A DNA stretch of 64,000 bases from Pseudomonadota bacterium (GTDB lineage: Bacteria > Pseudomonadota > Gammaproteobacteria > Eutrophobiales > Eutrophobiaceae), in NCBI GenBank assembly GCA_038142205.1, contig JAYQJO010000001.1, positions 2,176,430 through 2,240,429 of the forward strand, read 5' to 3'. This document shows, one piece after another, positions 17,949-29,534 of the stretch. The stretch's first letter is position 1. Each line of letters starts with the position of its first letter. The notes beneath the pieces were generated by a model. That model had not been told where the DNA came from. It did no database searches and worked only from the letters and a program-made list of their open reading frames with translations. Made by a program: the position numbers and the translations under genes.

Positions 17949-19442
17949 TTGTTAGACTCAAATGAAACCTATGCCGCTGTTGATTTAGGTTCGAACAGCT
18001 TTCATATGGTTGTTGCCAAAGTTGTCGATGGTCGCGCATTAATTGTTGATCGTATCAAAGAGATGGTGCGTCTTGCTGGCGGGCTAGATCAGGACAGACG
18101 CATTACAGACGATGCAACCGAGCTTGCATTACAATGTCTGGAAAAGTTTGGCCAACGTATTAAAACTATTCCTGCTTCAAATATCCGTGCTGTCGGAACA
18201 AATACATTACGCCAAGCCAGAAATGGCATGGAATTCCTCAATAAAGCAAACGCCGCACTGGGGCACAATATCGAGATTATTTCCGGTCGGGAAGAAGCGA
18301 GGCTGATATATATTGGTGTTGCTAATACCATATTTAATGATACGAATAATCGACTAGTTGTTGATATCGGTGGAGGCAGTACAGAACTGATAATAGGAAA
18401 AGGATTTAACCCGGCTTTAACCGAAAGTCTTTTTATGGGCTGCGTCAGTATTAGCAAACGTTTTTTTAGTGATGGAAACATAACGGCAAAGAAGTTACGC
18501 AAAGCACATATTGCCGCCCTTCAGGAACTCGAAAATATTCAAGGCCTTTATTGCCATTATGGCTGGGATGAAGCAGTTGGCACGTCAGGTACTATTCGCG
18601 CGATACATGATGTTGTCATTGGTGAAGGCTGGGGTGATTCAGCAATCACACCTGAATCATTATCTAAATTAAGAAAGGAACTTGCTTCCATAGGCAATAT
18701 AGACAAAATTAAATATGAAGGACTGTCTTCAAGTCGTATCCCTGTTTTTGTTGGTGGCGTTGTTGTTTTATCTGCTGTTTTTGAAGCGCTTGATATTGAG
18801 TCAATGAAATTTTCAGATGGCGCACTACGCGAAGGCTTACTCTATGATCAGATAGGCCGACAACATGATATAGACATACGTGATAAAACAGTTAATCGTT
18901 TAATGGAACGTTATAGTGTTGATGCTGAGCACGCGGAACGCGTTGAGAAAATAACTAAACATATATTTAAAAGTGTTAAATCTGAATGGAAACTGGATAA
19001 GCACGAAGACTTGAAAATGATCTGCTGGGCAGCACGATTACATGAAGCAGGCCTGGCTATTGCTCATAGCCAATACCATAAACACGGTGCGTACTTACTT
19101 AGTAATTCAGACATGCCTGGTTTTTCACGTCAGGAGCAAACCTTATTGAGTGTACTTGTGCGGTTACATAGACGAAAAATTGCACTCGAAATTTTCGAAG
19201 AAGTAACCGATGAAGTTAAAAGCAAGCTTATAAAACTGGTTATCATTTTAAGACTTGCCATTGTTTTAAACCGTAGTCGAAATACAGTCAAAATACCCTG
19301 TATCAATATAAAAACTAAAAATAAGGAAATTGAACTGGAGTTTCAAGAAGCCTGGCTTAATGACCATCCTCTAACAGAAGCAGATCTGGAAACAGAAGAA
19401 AACTACCTGACAACAACAAAATACACGCTTAACTACAAATAG
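17949..19442 (+). CDS. ppx: Exopolyphosphatase / guanosine pentaphosphate phosphohydrolase
   Basis: 497 aa, AAVDLGSNSFHMVVAKV... Ppx/GppA family, convergent with ppk. Confidence 0.9.
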   Translation: MLDSNETYAAVDLGSNSFHMVVAKVVDGRALIVDRIKEMVRLAGGLDQDRRITDDATELALQCLEKFGQRIKTIPASNIRAVGTNTLRQARNGMEFLNKANAALGHNIEIISGREEARLIYIGVANTIFNDTNNRLVVDIGGGSTELIIGKGFNPALTESLFMGCVSISKRFFSDGNITAKKLRKAHIAALQELENIQGLYCHYGWDEAVGTSGTIRAIHDVVIGEGWGDSAITPESLSKLRKELASIGNIDKIKYEGLSSSRIPVFVGGVVVLSAVFEALDIESMKFSDGALREGLLYDQIGRQHDIDIRDKTVNRLMERYSVDAEHAERVEKITKHIFKSVKSEWKLDKHEDLKMICWAARLHEAGLAIAHSQYHKHGAYLLSNSDMPGFSRQEQTLLSVLVRLHRRKIALEIFEEVTDEVKSKLIKLVIILRLAIVLNRSRNTVKIPCINIKTKNKEIELEFQEAWLNDHPLTEADLETEENYLTTTKYTLNYK

Positions 19443-19450
19443 TAGTTCAA

Positions 19451-21520
19451 CTAACTGCAATAGTGTTCCAGCAGTATGCTTTGTGAAGCGCGTGTCTTCG
19501 CATTACCTGCCCGAGCTCTTTTATAACTTCCATCCGGTTGTAGTACCCATGCTTGTGTGTTATCCGAAAGATAATTTAATAAACCAAACTTAACGATCTG
19601 GTCCCGCGGTCTTTTTTCCTCTATTGGGAAACATGCTTCGACGCGATGAAATAAATTACGAGGCATCCAGTCGGCACTCGCGCAATAGAGATTTGGGTCG
19701 CCATTATTATGAAAATAAAAAACCCGGGTATGTTCAAGAAAACGACCAATAATAGAACGCACCTGAATATTTTCTGAAACACCTTTAATGCCAGGTCGTA
19801 AACAACATATTCCTCGTATAATTAAATCAACTTTTACACCTGCTATTGAAGCACGATATAAAGCTCTGATAATTTCGGGTTCGACCAATGCATTCATTTT
19901 AGCGATCACTCTTGATTCTTTACCTGCATTGGCATTTTTTATTTCCTGCTCTATGTGATCCAGAATGGCTTTATGCAGAGTGAAAGGAGACTGTAATAGT
20001 TTTTTTAATTTAGTTGCCCTGCCTAATCCGGTCATCTGATGGAACAATTTATTAACATCAGCGCCAACGGCCTGATCCGCTGTTAACAAGCCATAGTCGG
20101 TATAAAGCCTTGCTGTACGAGCATGATAGTTTCCTGTGCCAAGATGAACGTACCGACGGAGCGCTCGCCCTTCACGCCTAACCACCATGATCATTTTTGC
20201 ATGTGTTTTATAACCAACAACACCATAAACCACATGCGCACCTGCTTCTTGTAAATCATTAGCAAGTTCCATATTCGCTTCTTCATCAAAACGCGCTAGC
20301 AACTCAATAATAACCGTCACTTCCTTGCCAGCACGCGCAGCATCCTTCAATGCTTTAACAATAGCCGAGTCACTACCAGTGCGATAAAGCGTTTGCTTAA
20401 TTGAAAGCACTGCTGGATCACTTGCTGCTTGTCTTAAAAAATCGACAACGGGCGCAAACGATTGAAAAGGGTGTAACAATAAAATGTCGCCATTATGTAA
20501 AGTATCAAAAATACTGGTCGCTTTTAATAAACGTGGCGGGATGTCTGGCGTAAAACCAGGATACACAAGATCAGGGCGGTCAACTAGATCATGTATTTGT
20601 AATAAGCGATTTAAATTTACCGGACCATTAACTTGATATAGCGCATCATCAGTTAACTTAAATTGATCAAGTAAAAAACCACTAATCTCTTCCGGACAGT
20701 TATCTGCAACTTCTAGACGGACGGCATCGTTATAGCGACGAGAAGGTAACTCACCTTCAAGAGCACGCATTAAGTCATCCACTTCCTCATCATCGACAAA
20801 TAAATCACTATTTCGGGTAACACGGAACTGATAACAACCTTTTACTTTCATACCTGGAAATAAGTCACCAACATGTGCATGCAGCACGGATGACAACAAA
20901 ATAAAATCGTGAGTCTTATTTGAATGCTCTTTAGGAACTTCAATAACACGAGGTAATGAACGCGGCGCCTGAACAATGGCATAACCACTTTCACGCCCAA
21001 AAGCATCTTTGCCATCAAGTGTAACAATAAAATATAAATTTTTATTTAATACACGCGGAAAAGGATGAGAAGGATCAAGCCCTATCGGGCTAAGAATAGG
21101 GACAAGCTCTCTGTTAAAGTAACTTTTAATCCATCGTGCTAACTTTGGTTTCCACTGAGCACGACGTAGTATTCGAATTTTCTCTTTAGCAAGTTCAGGG
21201 ATCAGAACATCATTGAGCATTTTATATTGCTCATCAACCAGATCATGCACTGTTTCACTGATCTTTTTTAATACTTCAACGGGCGTTAAATTATCAGCTG
21301 CAGTTTGTACCGAGCCGTATTTAACTTGTTGATTCAATCCGGCAACACGAATTTCAAAAAACTCATCAAGATTCGTACTGGCAATACAAAGAAACCTCAA
21401 CCGCTCCAGCAAAGGAGTATTTTCATCTTTTGCCTGCTCCAGAACACGACGATTGAACTCCAGTAAGCTCAACTCACGATTAATATATAGTTCCGGCAGT
21501 TTTAAATTATCGGTATCCAT
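19451..21520 (-). CDS. ppk: Polyphosphate kinase 1
   Basis: 689 aa; the PPK1 N, H, C1 and C2 domains are recognisable (the HAK autophosphorylation His region and two PLD-like motifs). Confidence 0.95.
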   Translation of the reverse strand: MDTDNLKLPELYINRELSLLEFNRRVLEQAKDENTPLLERLRFLCIASTNLDEFFEIRVAGLNQQVKYGSVQTAADNLTPVEVLKKISETVHDLVDEQYKMLNDVLIPELAKEKIRILRRAQWKPKLARWIKSYFNRELVPILSPIGLDPSHPFPRVLNKNLYFIVTLDGKDAFGRESGYAIVQAPRSLPRVIEVPKEHSNKTHDFILLSSVLHAHVGDLFPGMKVKGCYQFRVTRNSDLFVDDEEVDDLMRALEGELPSRRYNDAVRLEVADNCPEEISGFLLDQFKLTDDALYQVNGPVNLNRLLQIHDLVDRPDLVYPGFTPDIPPRLLKATSIFDTLHNGDILLLHPFQSFAPVVDFLRQAASDPAVLSIKQTLYRTGSDSAIVKALKDAARAGKEVTVIIELLARFDEEANMELANDLQEAGAHVVYGVVGYKTHAKMIMVVRREGRALRRYVHLGTGNYHARTARLYTDYGLLTADQAVGADVNKLFHQMTGLGRATKLKKLLQSPFTLHKAILDHIEQEIKNANAGKESRVIAKMNALVEPEIIRALYRASIAGVKVDLIIRGICCLRPGIKGVSENIQVRSIIGRFLEHTRVFYFHNNGDPNLYCASADWMPRNLFHRVEACFPIEEKRPRDQIVKFGLLNYLSDNTQAWVLQPDGSYKRARAGNAKTRASQSILLEHYCS

Positions 21521-21756
21521 TGCAAGCCTTGATTAACGTATAACACAAAAAGTATTTCACACCTCAAATATACATAGCTTGATATAAATCAATAATATAT
21601 ATAAAAATTTAAATTATTAGCCCTACAAAATTTGGACTATACAAAATGACCGCTTAAAGCATACAATTATGTCATCTTACAGTTTAGCTGTAATAGATGA
21701 CACTTTTATGAAAGACGTTATATTTTAAACTAATTAAAATAATCGGATGCCCCATA

Positions 21757-22437
21757 ATGGCTCAATCTAACTATTTCTCCCGTATCTTTGGTAACTCGCC
21801 TGTTACGCCTTTACAAAAACACATTGATAAGGTTGTCCTGTGTGTTGAACAATTAATTCCTTACTTTGAATTCGTGATAAAAAATGATTGGGAAAGAGCC
21901 ACTGAAACTCAGGCTAAACTGGTACAGCTTGAACATGAAGCAGATGAAATAAAAAACGCTTTGCGTCTGAATATTCCTTCCAGTCTATTTATGCCGATAG
22001 ATAGAAGAGATGTTCTGGAAGTGCTCGATCTACAAGACCATATCGCTAACAAGGCCAAAGATATTTCTGGTCTAACACTCGGTAGAAATATGCCAATGCC
22101 TGAAAGCATTGGACATGCATACATGGAGTTTCTGAAACGAAGTATTGATGCAACTCGACAAGCGCAAGTCGCTATTAATGAACTGGATGAATTAGTCGTC
22201 ACTGGGTTTCGTGGTGATGAGGCAGCGCGAGTCAAAAATATGATTGAAGAGTTACATGTCATTGAAGGAGAAACGGATGTAATCCAGGTTACTTTAAGAG
22301 CGGAACTCTACAAAGTAGAAGAAGAATTATCTCCTGTCGATGTCATGTTTCTTTATAAAATAATCGAGTGGACAGGCGACCTTGCTGATTCAGCACAAAG
22401 TACGGGTAACCGTCTTCAATTAATGCTAGCTAAATAA
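21757..22437 (+). CDS. DUF47 (PhoU-like) phosphate-transport regulator partner of PitA
   Basis: 226 aa in the TIGR00153/DUF47 family, immediately upstream of pitA. Confidence 0.8.
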   Translation: MAQSNYFSRIFGNSPVTPLQKHIDKVVLCVEQLIPYFEFVIKNDWERATETQAKLVQLEHEADEIKNALRLNIPSSLFMPIDRRDVLEVLDLQDHIANKAKDISGLTLGRNMPMPESIGHAYMEFLKRSIDATRQAQVAINELDELVVTGFRGDEAARVKNMIEELHVIEGETDVIQVTLRAELYKVEEELSPVDVMFLYKIIEWTGDLADSAQSTGNRLQLMLAK

Positions 22438-22454
22438 TAATTAAGTAAATTCTT

Positions 22455-23708
22455 ATGGAACATACAACAATATTTCTTATATTGGCCGGTTGCTTTGGCT
22501 TATTCATGGCCTGGGGCATAGGCGCGAATGATGTTGCTAATGCAATGGCAACTTCCGTTGGCTCTAAAGCTCTGACTTTAAAACGTGCCGTTATTATTGC
22601 AGCTATTTTTGAATTTTCAGGCGCCTTTCTTGCTGGCGGCCAGGTTACATCAACCATTCGTAAGGGAATTATTGATGCAAACTTACTGTCAGGTTCACCT
22701 GAATTATTAGTTTATGGCATGCTCGCAGCGCTACTCGCTGCAGGCATATGGTTATTAGTCGCAACAAAATATGGTTTACCGGTATCAACAACACATTCGA
22801 TCGTTGGCGCTATTGTTGGTTTCGCGGCTGTAGGTATTGGTATTGAAGCTGTTAAATGGGGAAAGGTTGGTTCCATTGCTGCAAGTTGGGTCGTATCGCC
22901 TGTCATCGCCGGCACCATAGCTTATGCACTCTTTCGAAGTGTACAGTACCTTATACTCGACACAACTGATCCAATGAAAAATGCTAAACGTTATGTTCCT
23001 ATGTATATATTTTTCACTGGCACGATGATATCTCTTGTTACTATGTTTAAAGGCTTAAAGCATATTGGCCTCGATTTAACTAAAACAGAAAGCTATTCAT
23101 TGAGTATCATAATAGGATTAGTCTGTGCTTTTATTGGCGCATTTTTTATTCGTAAAATTTCATTTAATGAAGAACGAAACCGGGGCAATCATTTTCATGA
23201 TGTTGAACGCGTCTTTGGTGTTTTAATGGTTTTTACTGCTTGTGCTATGGCCTTTGCACACGGCTCCAATGATGTTGCTAACGCTGTTGGTCCTGTTGCA
23301 GCAATTGTCAGTATTGTCACAAATAGTGGCGAAATCACACAAAAATCAATGATGCCAATATGGGTGTTATTACTTGGTTCTGTTGGTATTGTCACCGGCT
23401 TACTGATGTATGGGCATAAGGTCATCGCCACTGTAGGTAAAAAAATTACTGAGTTAACACCAAGTCGCGGGTTTTGTGGTGAGCTGGCTGCTTCAACAAC
23501 CGTCGTACTCGCATCAGGCACAGGTATACCCATATCAACAACGCACACACTGGTTGGTGCTGTATTAGGCGTAGGTTTTGCCCGGGGCATTTCAGCATTG
23601 AACCTGCGAATGATCGGTTCAATATTTATGTCGTGGATAATTACTTTACCGGCAGGTGCTGTATTAGCAATTATCTTTTTCTATATTCTGAAAACTATAT
23701 TTGGATAG
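22455..23708 (+). CDS. pitA: Low-affinity inorganic phosphate transporter PitA family
   Basis: 417 aa, polytopic, with the duplicated GANDVANA / GSNDVANAVG PHO4 signature. Confidence 0.9.
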   Translation: MEHTTIFLILAGCFGLFMAWGIGANDVANAMATSVGSKALTLKRAVIIAAIFEFSGAFLAGGQVTSTIRKGIIDANLLSGSPELLVYGMLAALLAAGIWLLVATKYGLPVSTTHSIVGAIVGFAAVGIGIEAVKWGKVGSIAASWVVSPVIAGTIAYALFRSVQYLILDTTDPMKNAKRYVPMYIFFTGTMISLVTMFKGLKHIGLDLTKTESYSLSIIIGLVCAFIGAFFIRKISFNEERNRGNHFHDVERVFGVLMVFTACAMAFAHGSNDVANAVGPVAAIVSIVTNSGEITQKSMMPIWVLLLGSVGIVTGLLMYGHKVIATVGKKITELTPSRGFCGELAASTTVVLASGTGIPISTTHTLVGAVLGVGFARGISALNLRMIGSIFMSWIITLPAGAVLAIIFFYILKTIFG

Positions 23709-23712
23709 TTAG

Positions 23713-24432
23713 TTAAGAGGTCTGATCATTTAACAGGATTTCTTCCATTTGCTCGATACTAAAATGACGCACATCTTTACCTTCAACAAGGTAAATAATA
23801 TTTTCACAAATATTACGCGCATGGTCTCCGATACGCTCTAATGAACGTGCTGTCCACATCGCATCCAGTGTACCCGTAATGTTTCGTGCATCTTCCATCA
23901 TATAGGTTATCAATTGCCTAAGAATCGCACCATATTGATCATCTGATTCAGGTTCCTTTCCTGCCACAGCTACAGCTTGTTGCGAATCCATTCTCGCAAA
24001 AGCATCTAACGCATCATGTAACATTTTACTAACCAGATTACCCATTGCGTTAATGCCAACATAATATGATTTCGGCCCATGTTTATCCGTTAGTTCAATC
24101 GCCATCTTGGCAACTTTCTCAGCTTCGTCACCTATACGCTCCAGATCAGTAATCGTTTTTGTAATAGCCATCACTAATCGCAAATCACTTGCAGCAGGTT
24201 GCCGTCGAGCTAAGATTTTTGTGCACTCCTGATCTATAGTCACCTCATAAGTATTAACCTGAACTTCGTTTTCCATAACCGATGTAGCCAGATCAATATC
24301 GCCATCAATAAGTGACTTAAGCGCATTGTTCAATTGCTGCTCAACTAGACCTCCCATGGCAAGCACTTTTCCCCGAACATCTTCCAGTTCATCATCAAAC
24401 TGTTTCGAGATATGGTGTGCACTGTAACTCAT
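23713..24432 (-). CDS. phoU: Phosphate signalling complex protein PhoU
   Basis: 239 aa with duplicated PhoU helical-bundle repeats (E/D..R...D). Downstream of pstB. Confidence 0.9.
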   Translation of the reverse strand: MSYSAHHISKQFDDELEDVRGKVLAMGGLVEQQLNNALKSLIDGDIDLATSVMENEVQVNTYEVTIDQECTKILARRQPAASDLRLVMAITKTITDLERIGDEAEKVAKMAIELTDKHGPKSYYVGINAMGNLVSKMLHDALDAFARMDSQQAVAVAGKEPESDDQYGAILRQLITYMMEDARNITGTLDAMWTARSLERIGDHARNICENIIYLVEGKDVRHFSIEQMEEILLNDQTS

Positions 24433-24453
24433 TTTTAATCTCCAATACTTAAA

Positions 24454-25347
24454 TTAACCGTAACGTCCGGTAATATAGTCTTCTGTCATCTTTTCAGATG
24501 GGTTTGTAAATAAGGTACTCGTATCATTAAATTCAATTAGCTCACCCATGTATAAATACGCGGTGTAGTCAGACACACGTGCAGCCTGTTGCATGTTGTG
24601 TGTCACTATGACAATAGTGAATTTATCTTTTAATTCATAAATCAATTCTTCAACCTTTAAAGTTGAAATTGGATCAAGTGCAGAGGCCGGTTCATCCAGA
24701 AGCAGCACTTCCGGCTCAATCGCAATAGCGCGCGCAATAACTAAACGTTGTTGTTGACCACCCGATAAACCCATCGCCAAATCGTCCAGACGGTCTTTAA
24801 CTTCGTCCCACAATGCCGCACCTTTTAATGACTTTTCAACAACGGCATCTATTGTTCTACGATCACTGATACCTTGAATACGTAAACCATAGGCAACATT
24901 TTCATAAATCGACTTAGGGAAAGGGTTCGGCTTTTGAAACACCATACCAACACGCCGACGCAAGTCTGCGACATTAACGTTTTTATCAAAGATGTCATTG
25001 CCTTCCAGTTTGATATCGCCATCAATATGAACATTATCAATTAAATCATTCATACGATTGAAACAACGCAATAAGGTTGATTTACCACAACCGCTTGGCC
25101 CGATAAAAGCCGTTACTTTTTTCTCGGGGATGGTCATGTTGATATTCTTCAATGCCTGTTTTTCACTATAGTACAGATTGAAGTTTTTAACATCGATACA
25201 GGTTTTTTCATCTGCAAGATTTGATGGTGCATGACCATTCACAACGCTGGATAAATCCATTGAATGTGTAGGCATTGATATACTTGAATCTGTCACTGGT
25301 TCTACCTCAGAGTATTCTTCTTTTTCATTAAGCTTGTTCTGCTGCAC
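24454..25347 (-). CDS. pstB: Phosphate ABC transporter ATP-binding protein
   Basis: 297 aa with Walker [10 protein letters not shown], the ABC signature LSGGQQQR and Walker B LLLDEP. Confidence 0.9.
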   Translation of the reverse strand: MQQNKLNEKEEYSEVEPVTDSSISMPTHSMDLSSVVNGHAPSNLADEKTCIDVKNFNLYYSEKQALKNINMTIPEKKVTAFIGPSGCGKSTLLRCFNRMNDLIDNVHIDGDIKLEGNDIFDKNVNVADLRRRVGMVFQKPNPFPKSIYENVAYGLRIQGISDRRTIDAVVEKSLKGAALWDEVKDRLDDLAMGLSGGQQQRLVIARAIAIEPEVLLLDEPASALDPISTLKVEELIYELKDKFTIVIVTHNMQQAARVSDYTAYLYMGELIEFNDTSTLFTNPSEKMTEDYITGRYG

Positions 25348-26986
25348 GGTATTTCTCCCTCAGGTTATTACGAATCCGTATAGCTGTCAGGTTTAAAACT
25401 ACAATTAATATCACTAATAATAAAGCAGTTGCGTAAACTAATGGCCGCGCAGCTTCAACATTCGGGCTTTGGAAACCCACATCATAGATATGGAAACCTA
25501 AATGCATGAATTTTCTGTCTAAATGTAAAAATGGCGCATTCCCATCCAAAGCCAATGACGGTGCCAGTTTCACCACGCCAACCAACATTAATGGAGCAAC
25601 CTCACCCGCAGCTCGAGCTACCGCCAGAATCAAACCGGTAATCATTGCTGATGCGGTCATTGGCAATACTGTTTTCCACATAGTTTCTGCTTTTGTCGCA
25701 CCCAGAGCCAGGCTCCCTTCACGAATAGCACGCGGCACACGTGATAATCCTTCTTCTGTTGAAACAATGACAACCGGCACAGTTAAGATAGCTAACGTTA
25801 ATGAAGCCCATAATAAACCCGGGGTACCAAATGTTGGCGCGGGTAAAGACTCAGCAAAGAATAACTGATCTATATTGCCACCAAGGAAATAAACAAAGAA
25901 GCCTAAACCAAAAACACCATAAACAACGGATGGCACACCCGCCAGGTTATTTACTGCAATTCGTATCAATCTGGTTATTGGCCCTTGAGAGGCATATTCA
26001 CGCAAATAGACAGCCGCAACAACACCAAAAGGCGTGACCAATATAGCCATAACGATAACCATCAGGACTGTTCCGAAGATTGCAGGGAAAATACCGCCTT
26101 CGGTATTCGCTTCCCGAGGCTCATCGGTTAAGAATTCCCAGAACTTATGCATATAAAAAATGCATTTATCAAACAGGTTCATTGCATTTGGACGAAAAGC
26201 ATTCACTATCTTGTCAAAACCAACCGTCACTTCTTTTCCATCAGCCGTTATTGCTGAAAAACTAGAGCTGTTTAATTTGCCGTATAGTTTTTCGAGCTCC
26301 TTTGTATAACCATTATATTCAACTTGTAATTCAGCACGTTCATCGTCAAGCTGTTTTAAATTTTCCGGCGTATCTTTTTCATCCAGTTCAAGACTACGCT
26401 GCTTTAAACGCAGACGCTCCATCTTATAGTTAATCGCACCAATTAAGTCTTTTTCAACATGGCGTATTTCTGCAAATATTTCGCTATTCTTTTCGATAGC
26501 TTCCTTAAAAATTGCCCATGACTCATCACTATAACTAATCTTTTTACCGTCAAGCTGTAAATCTGTCAGGTAACCATAAAAATTACCCCATTCTCTTCGC
26601 TCGACAACCATTGCTTCTTCCGGATACGTTACGTTTTTAATACCAGCATTTAATATCCATTGAAAATCTAGCCCGGAAACATCACGGTTGCCTGTCTTGA
26701 TTAAATCACGTTTAATGATATCGCCTTTGTACTCAGGGTTACCCGCTCTTGAACGAGAAACGGCTTCTTCATCAACCACCTCGCCCATCATTTTTACTAC
26801 TTCACTTTTGGGCTTGTCATAATAGTCAAACACAGCAATATCTGCTGGCCAGAAATGACCTAAACCTCGCACGGCGATTAAACCAATTAAGCCAGCTACC
26901 ATAATGATACAAATAGAAACAGCGCCAGCGTTCAACCAAACAAAAGGTGTTCCTGAATTAAACCAATTTTTAATATTTGTTTTCAT
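25328..26986 (-). CDS. pstA: Phosphate ABC transporter permease PstA, long form with a large N-terminal extramembrane domain
   Basis: 552 aa; the C-terminal about 280 aa are the PstA permease core with the EAA-type loop. Confidence 0.85.
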   Translation of the reverse strand: MKTNIKNWFNSGTPFVWLNAGAVSICIIMVAGLIGLIAVRGLGHFWPADIAVFDYYDKPKSEVVKMMGEVVDEEAVSRSRAGNPEYKGDIIKRDLIKTGNRDVSGLDFQWILNAGIKNVTYPEEAMVVERREWGNFYGYLTDLQLDGKKISYSDESWAIFKEAIEKNSEIFAEIRHVEKDLIGAINYKMERLRLKQRSLELDEKDTPENLKQLDDERAELQVEYNGYTKELEKLYGKLNSSSFSAITADGKEVTVGFDKIVNAFRPNAMNLFDKCIFYMHKFWEFLTDEPREANTEGGIFPAIFGTVLMVIVMAILVTPFGVVAAVYLREYASQGPITRLIRIAVNNLAGVPSVVYGVFGLGFFVYFLGGNIDQLFFAESLPAPTFGTPGLLWASLTLAILTVPVVIVSTEEGLSRVPRAIREGSLALGATKAETMWKTVLPMTASAMITGLILAVARAAGEVAPLMLVGVVKLAPSLALDGNAPFLHLDRKFMHLGFHIYDVGFQSPNVEAARPLVYATALLLVILIVVLNLTAIRIRNNLREKYRAAEQA

Positions 26987-29281
26987 TTATAGTGAGCTAT
27001 ATTTTGTACGTAAACGCTGTCTTACTACTTCAGCAATGGTATTAAAGAAAAAAGTAATGCCGAACAGCACCAATGCACCCAGAAACAAGATTCGATAGTG
27101 CGTACTATCAACTTCCGTTTCTGGCATTTCTACGGCAATGTTAGCTGACATTGCACGGAAACCTTCAAAGATACTCATGTCCATGATTGCAGTATTACCT
27201 GTTGCCATGACAACAATCATCGTCTCACCAACAGCACGTCCCAAACCAATCATTACCGCTGAAAAAATACCCGGGCTTGCGGTCAGCAATACAACGCGGG
27301 TCATTGTTTGCCAGGGCGTTGCGCCTAAAGCGAGTGAACCGGTTGTTAAATGTTTAGGCACACTATAAACCGCATCTTCACTAATAGAGAAAATGGTTGG
27401 AATAACAGCGAAACCCATGGCGAAACCAACAACCATAGAATTTCGTTGATCATAAGTGATGCCCATTTCTGTGCTTAACCATAACGGCATATTGCCGCCA
27501 AAAAAGGCGGTTTCTATCGGCTGACTAATAGCGATTGAAAAAAACACTGCCACAATAATAACCGGCATCAATAAAGCCGCTTCCCAACCGTCCGGAATTT
27601 TATGTCTAATGTGTTCCGGCACAAACTGCCATGCAGCTGCTGCGACAATAATACTTATCGGCACAAAAACAATTAGCGCAAACATGCCAGGCAAATGCGC
27701 CTCGGTAAAAGGTGCCAGCCAAAGACCTGCGAGAAAACCAAGAATAACGGTAGGCAAGGCTTCCATGATTTCGATTGTCGGTTTTACAACCTGTCTCATT
27801 TTTGGCGCCATAAAATAGGCAGTGAACATCGCGCCAAGTATGGCTAAAGGAATAGCAAACATCATGGCATAAAAAGAAGCCTTAAACGTGCCGTATGCCA
27901 GCGGTGTTAAACTGAACTTAGGCTCGAAGTCACTGCTTGCAGAAGAAGACTGCCAGATATATTCAGGTTGTTGACGGCTTTCATACCAAACTTTGCCCCA
28001 GATAGATTGAAATGAAATTTCAGGGTGTTCATTATCGAAGTGCCAGAACTGTAATTCACCTTTATCATTTTCAATCAACGCAGCATTTGCTCTGGGCGAT
28101 AAAATAATTTTGTTTAACGCTTGATCATCTATCTGTTCCAATGCAACAGTACGATGTGCCGTTGTATGATAAATACCCAGCTCACCACTTTCATCAATAG
28201 CAACAAAACCTTTGCGTGTATGCTCCGGTGCAATGGCCGTTATCGGTGAAGTTTGATCGTCGAAATACCGGATTTTTTCCAGCGTATAATTATTATCATC
28301 ATCTCTAACAGGAAACCACTGTGCAATCTGACCACTGGAGTCTCCGATTAATATTGATATACCACCGGCAAGAAATTCAATTGAGGTGATTTTTACACCA
28401 TCATTTACAGCTGTAACTTTTTGAACAAGACGAGGTTCTGCTTTATTACTGATGTCATAAAAATAAACATTACCGTCAGTATCAGCGACATAAAGTTCAC
28501 GCTGTTCAATATCCATTTTTAAATCAACAATATTTGTTGAATCAATTAATAAACTGTTTTCTTCTCTGGTGATTTCAACTTCATCGCTGAGCATATTCTC
28601 TTCTTTAATGATGTTGATTAAGTTTATTTGTGCTTGTGAACCATGCGCCGCTATCGTTGCTTCATCTTCACTATATTGAACGCTGAGATGATTTACCTGT
28701 TCACCGGCTGAGTTTATTTGAATAACCTGCTCACCAAATGGAAAAAAAACACTCGGCGTAATTAAACGTTTATCATCAGGATAGCTAACGGCATATTCAT
28801 GCTGGAAGAAAATAACCGAACCATCAGACAAGCCTAAACCAATCCCCCTTTCTGTCTGATCACTTGTTGATACCGAAGTAATGGTTACTCCTTCAGGAAT
28901 ATCTAAATCAACTGTTTTACGAATTTCACCATCTTTCACAGAAAAGAAGATAACTTGCCCAAGATTATTGACACGCATGGCAACTTCGCGCTGTTCTTCA
29001 ATAGCATAAACTAAGGTTTTACCTACTTCGCCCTGAGCAGGCACAGAATAAGACGCTACCTGCTCAATCTGCGCGGACTTGAACATCGGCAACACAACAT
29101 AAAGCAAATAAAACGCAATCAGAACAATCGCAACAATGACACCAATGCCGCCAAAAACCATCAAATAACCCGTCGCAACATCTTTAATATGACGGTATCT
29201 TCGAAATTTATTTGCAGATGTTGAGTTAAAGTCGGGAAGTACTGTATCGACTGTATTTTCGTTCGTATTCATGACCGCCAT
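26987..29281 (-). CDS. pstC: Phosphate ABC transporter permease PstC, long form with an N-terminal periplasmic domain of about 430 aa
   Basis: 764 aa. One N-terminal TM, a large hydrophilic domain, then the canonical PstC permease core (about 300 aa). Confidence 0.85.
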   Translation of the reverse strand: MAVMNTNENTVDTVLPDFNSTSANKFRRYRHIKDVATGYLMVFGGIGVIVAIVLIAFYLLYVVLPMFKSAQIEQVASYSVPAQGEVGKTLVYAIEEQREVAMRVNNLGQVIFFSVKDGEIRKTVDLDIPEGVTITSVSTSDQTERGIGLGLSDGSVIFFQHEYAVSYPDDKRLITPSVFFPFGEQVIQINSAGEQVNHLSVQYSEDEATIAAHGSQAQINLINIIKEENMLSDEVEITREENSLLIDSTNIVDLKMDIEQRELYVADTDGNVYFYDISNKAEPRLVQKVTAVNDGVKITSIEFLAGGISILIGDSSGQIAQWFPVRDDDNNYTLEKIRYFDDQTSPITAIAPEHTRKGFVAIDESGELGIYHTTAHRTVALEQIDDQALNKIILSPRANAALIENDKGELQFWHFDNEHPEISFQSIWGKVWYESRQQPEYIWQSSSASSDFEPKFSLTPLAYGTFKASFYAMMFAIPLAILGAMFTAYFMAPKMRQVVKPTIEIMEALPTVILGFLAGLWLAPFTEAHLPGMFALIVFVPISIIVAAAAWQFVPEHIRHKIPDGWEAALLMPVIIVAVFFSIAISQPIETAFFGGNMPLWLSTEMGITYDQRNSMVVGFAMGFAVIPTIFSISEDAVYSVPKHLTTGSLALGATPWQTMTRVVLLTASPGIFSAVMIGLGRAVGETMIVVMATGNTAIMDMSIFEGFRAMSANIAVEMPETEVDSTHYRILFLGALVLFGITFFFNTIAEVVRQRLRTKYSSL

Positions 29282-29534
29282 TCTAGATTTGCTTTATGAC
29301 AGTTTTGTTACAATGGCAGGATATTGTTGTGAATTACTGGTTTCAGGAAAGGCGATTAAGCGTCTCTATTTCAGTTCTAAACTTTCTTACAAGCGAGTAA
29401 ATTGAAAGGCGCCGCTTTCGCACTTCCCTGTGCCGTGGCATATGTTCTTCCAGAACACCCCGCCAAAGCGGGGTTATTTACTGACATCTAGTAGTAGAGA
29501 GGGGACTATCATAAATGTCTAATTCTTTACCCGC

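Noticed and set aside
29440-29475. Hairpin ACCCCGC-CAAA-GCGGGGT between pstS and pstC, possibly an intrinsic terminator.
   Set aside because: On the transcribed (minus) strand it is not followed by a U-tract. It is more likely an intra-operon stabiliser or attenuator like the pstS-pstC REP of E. coli. I cannot distinguish these from sequence alone.
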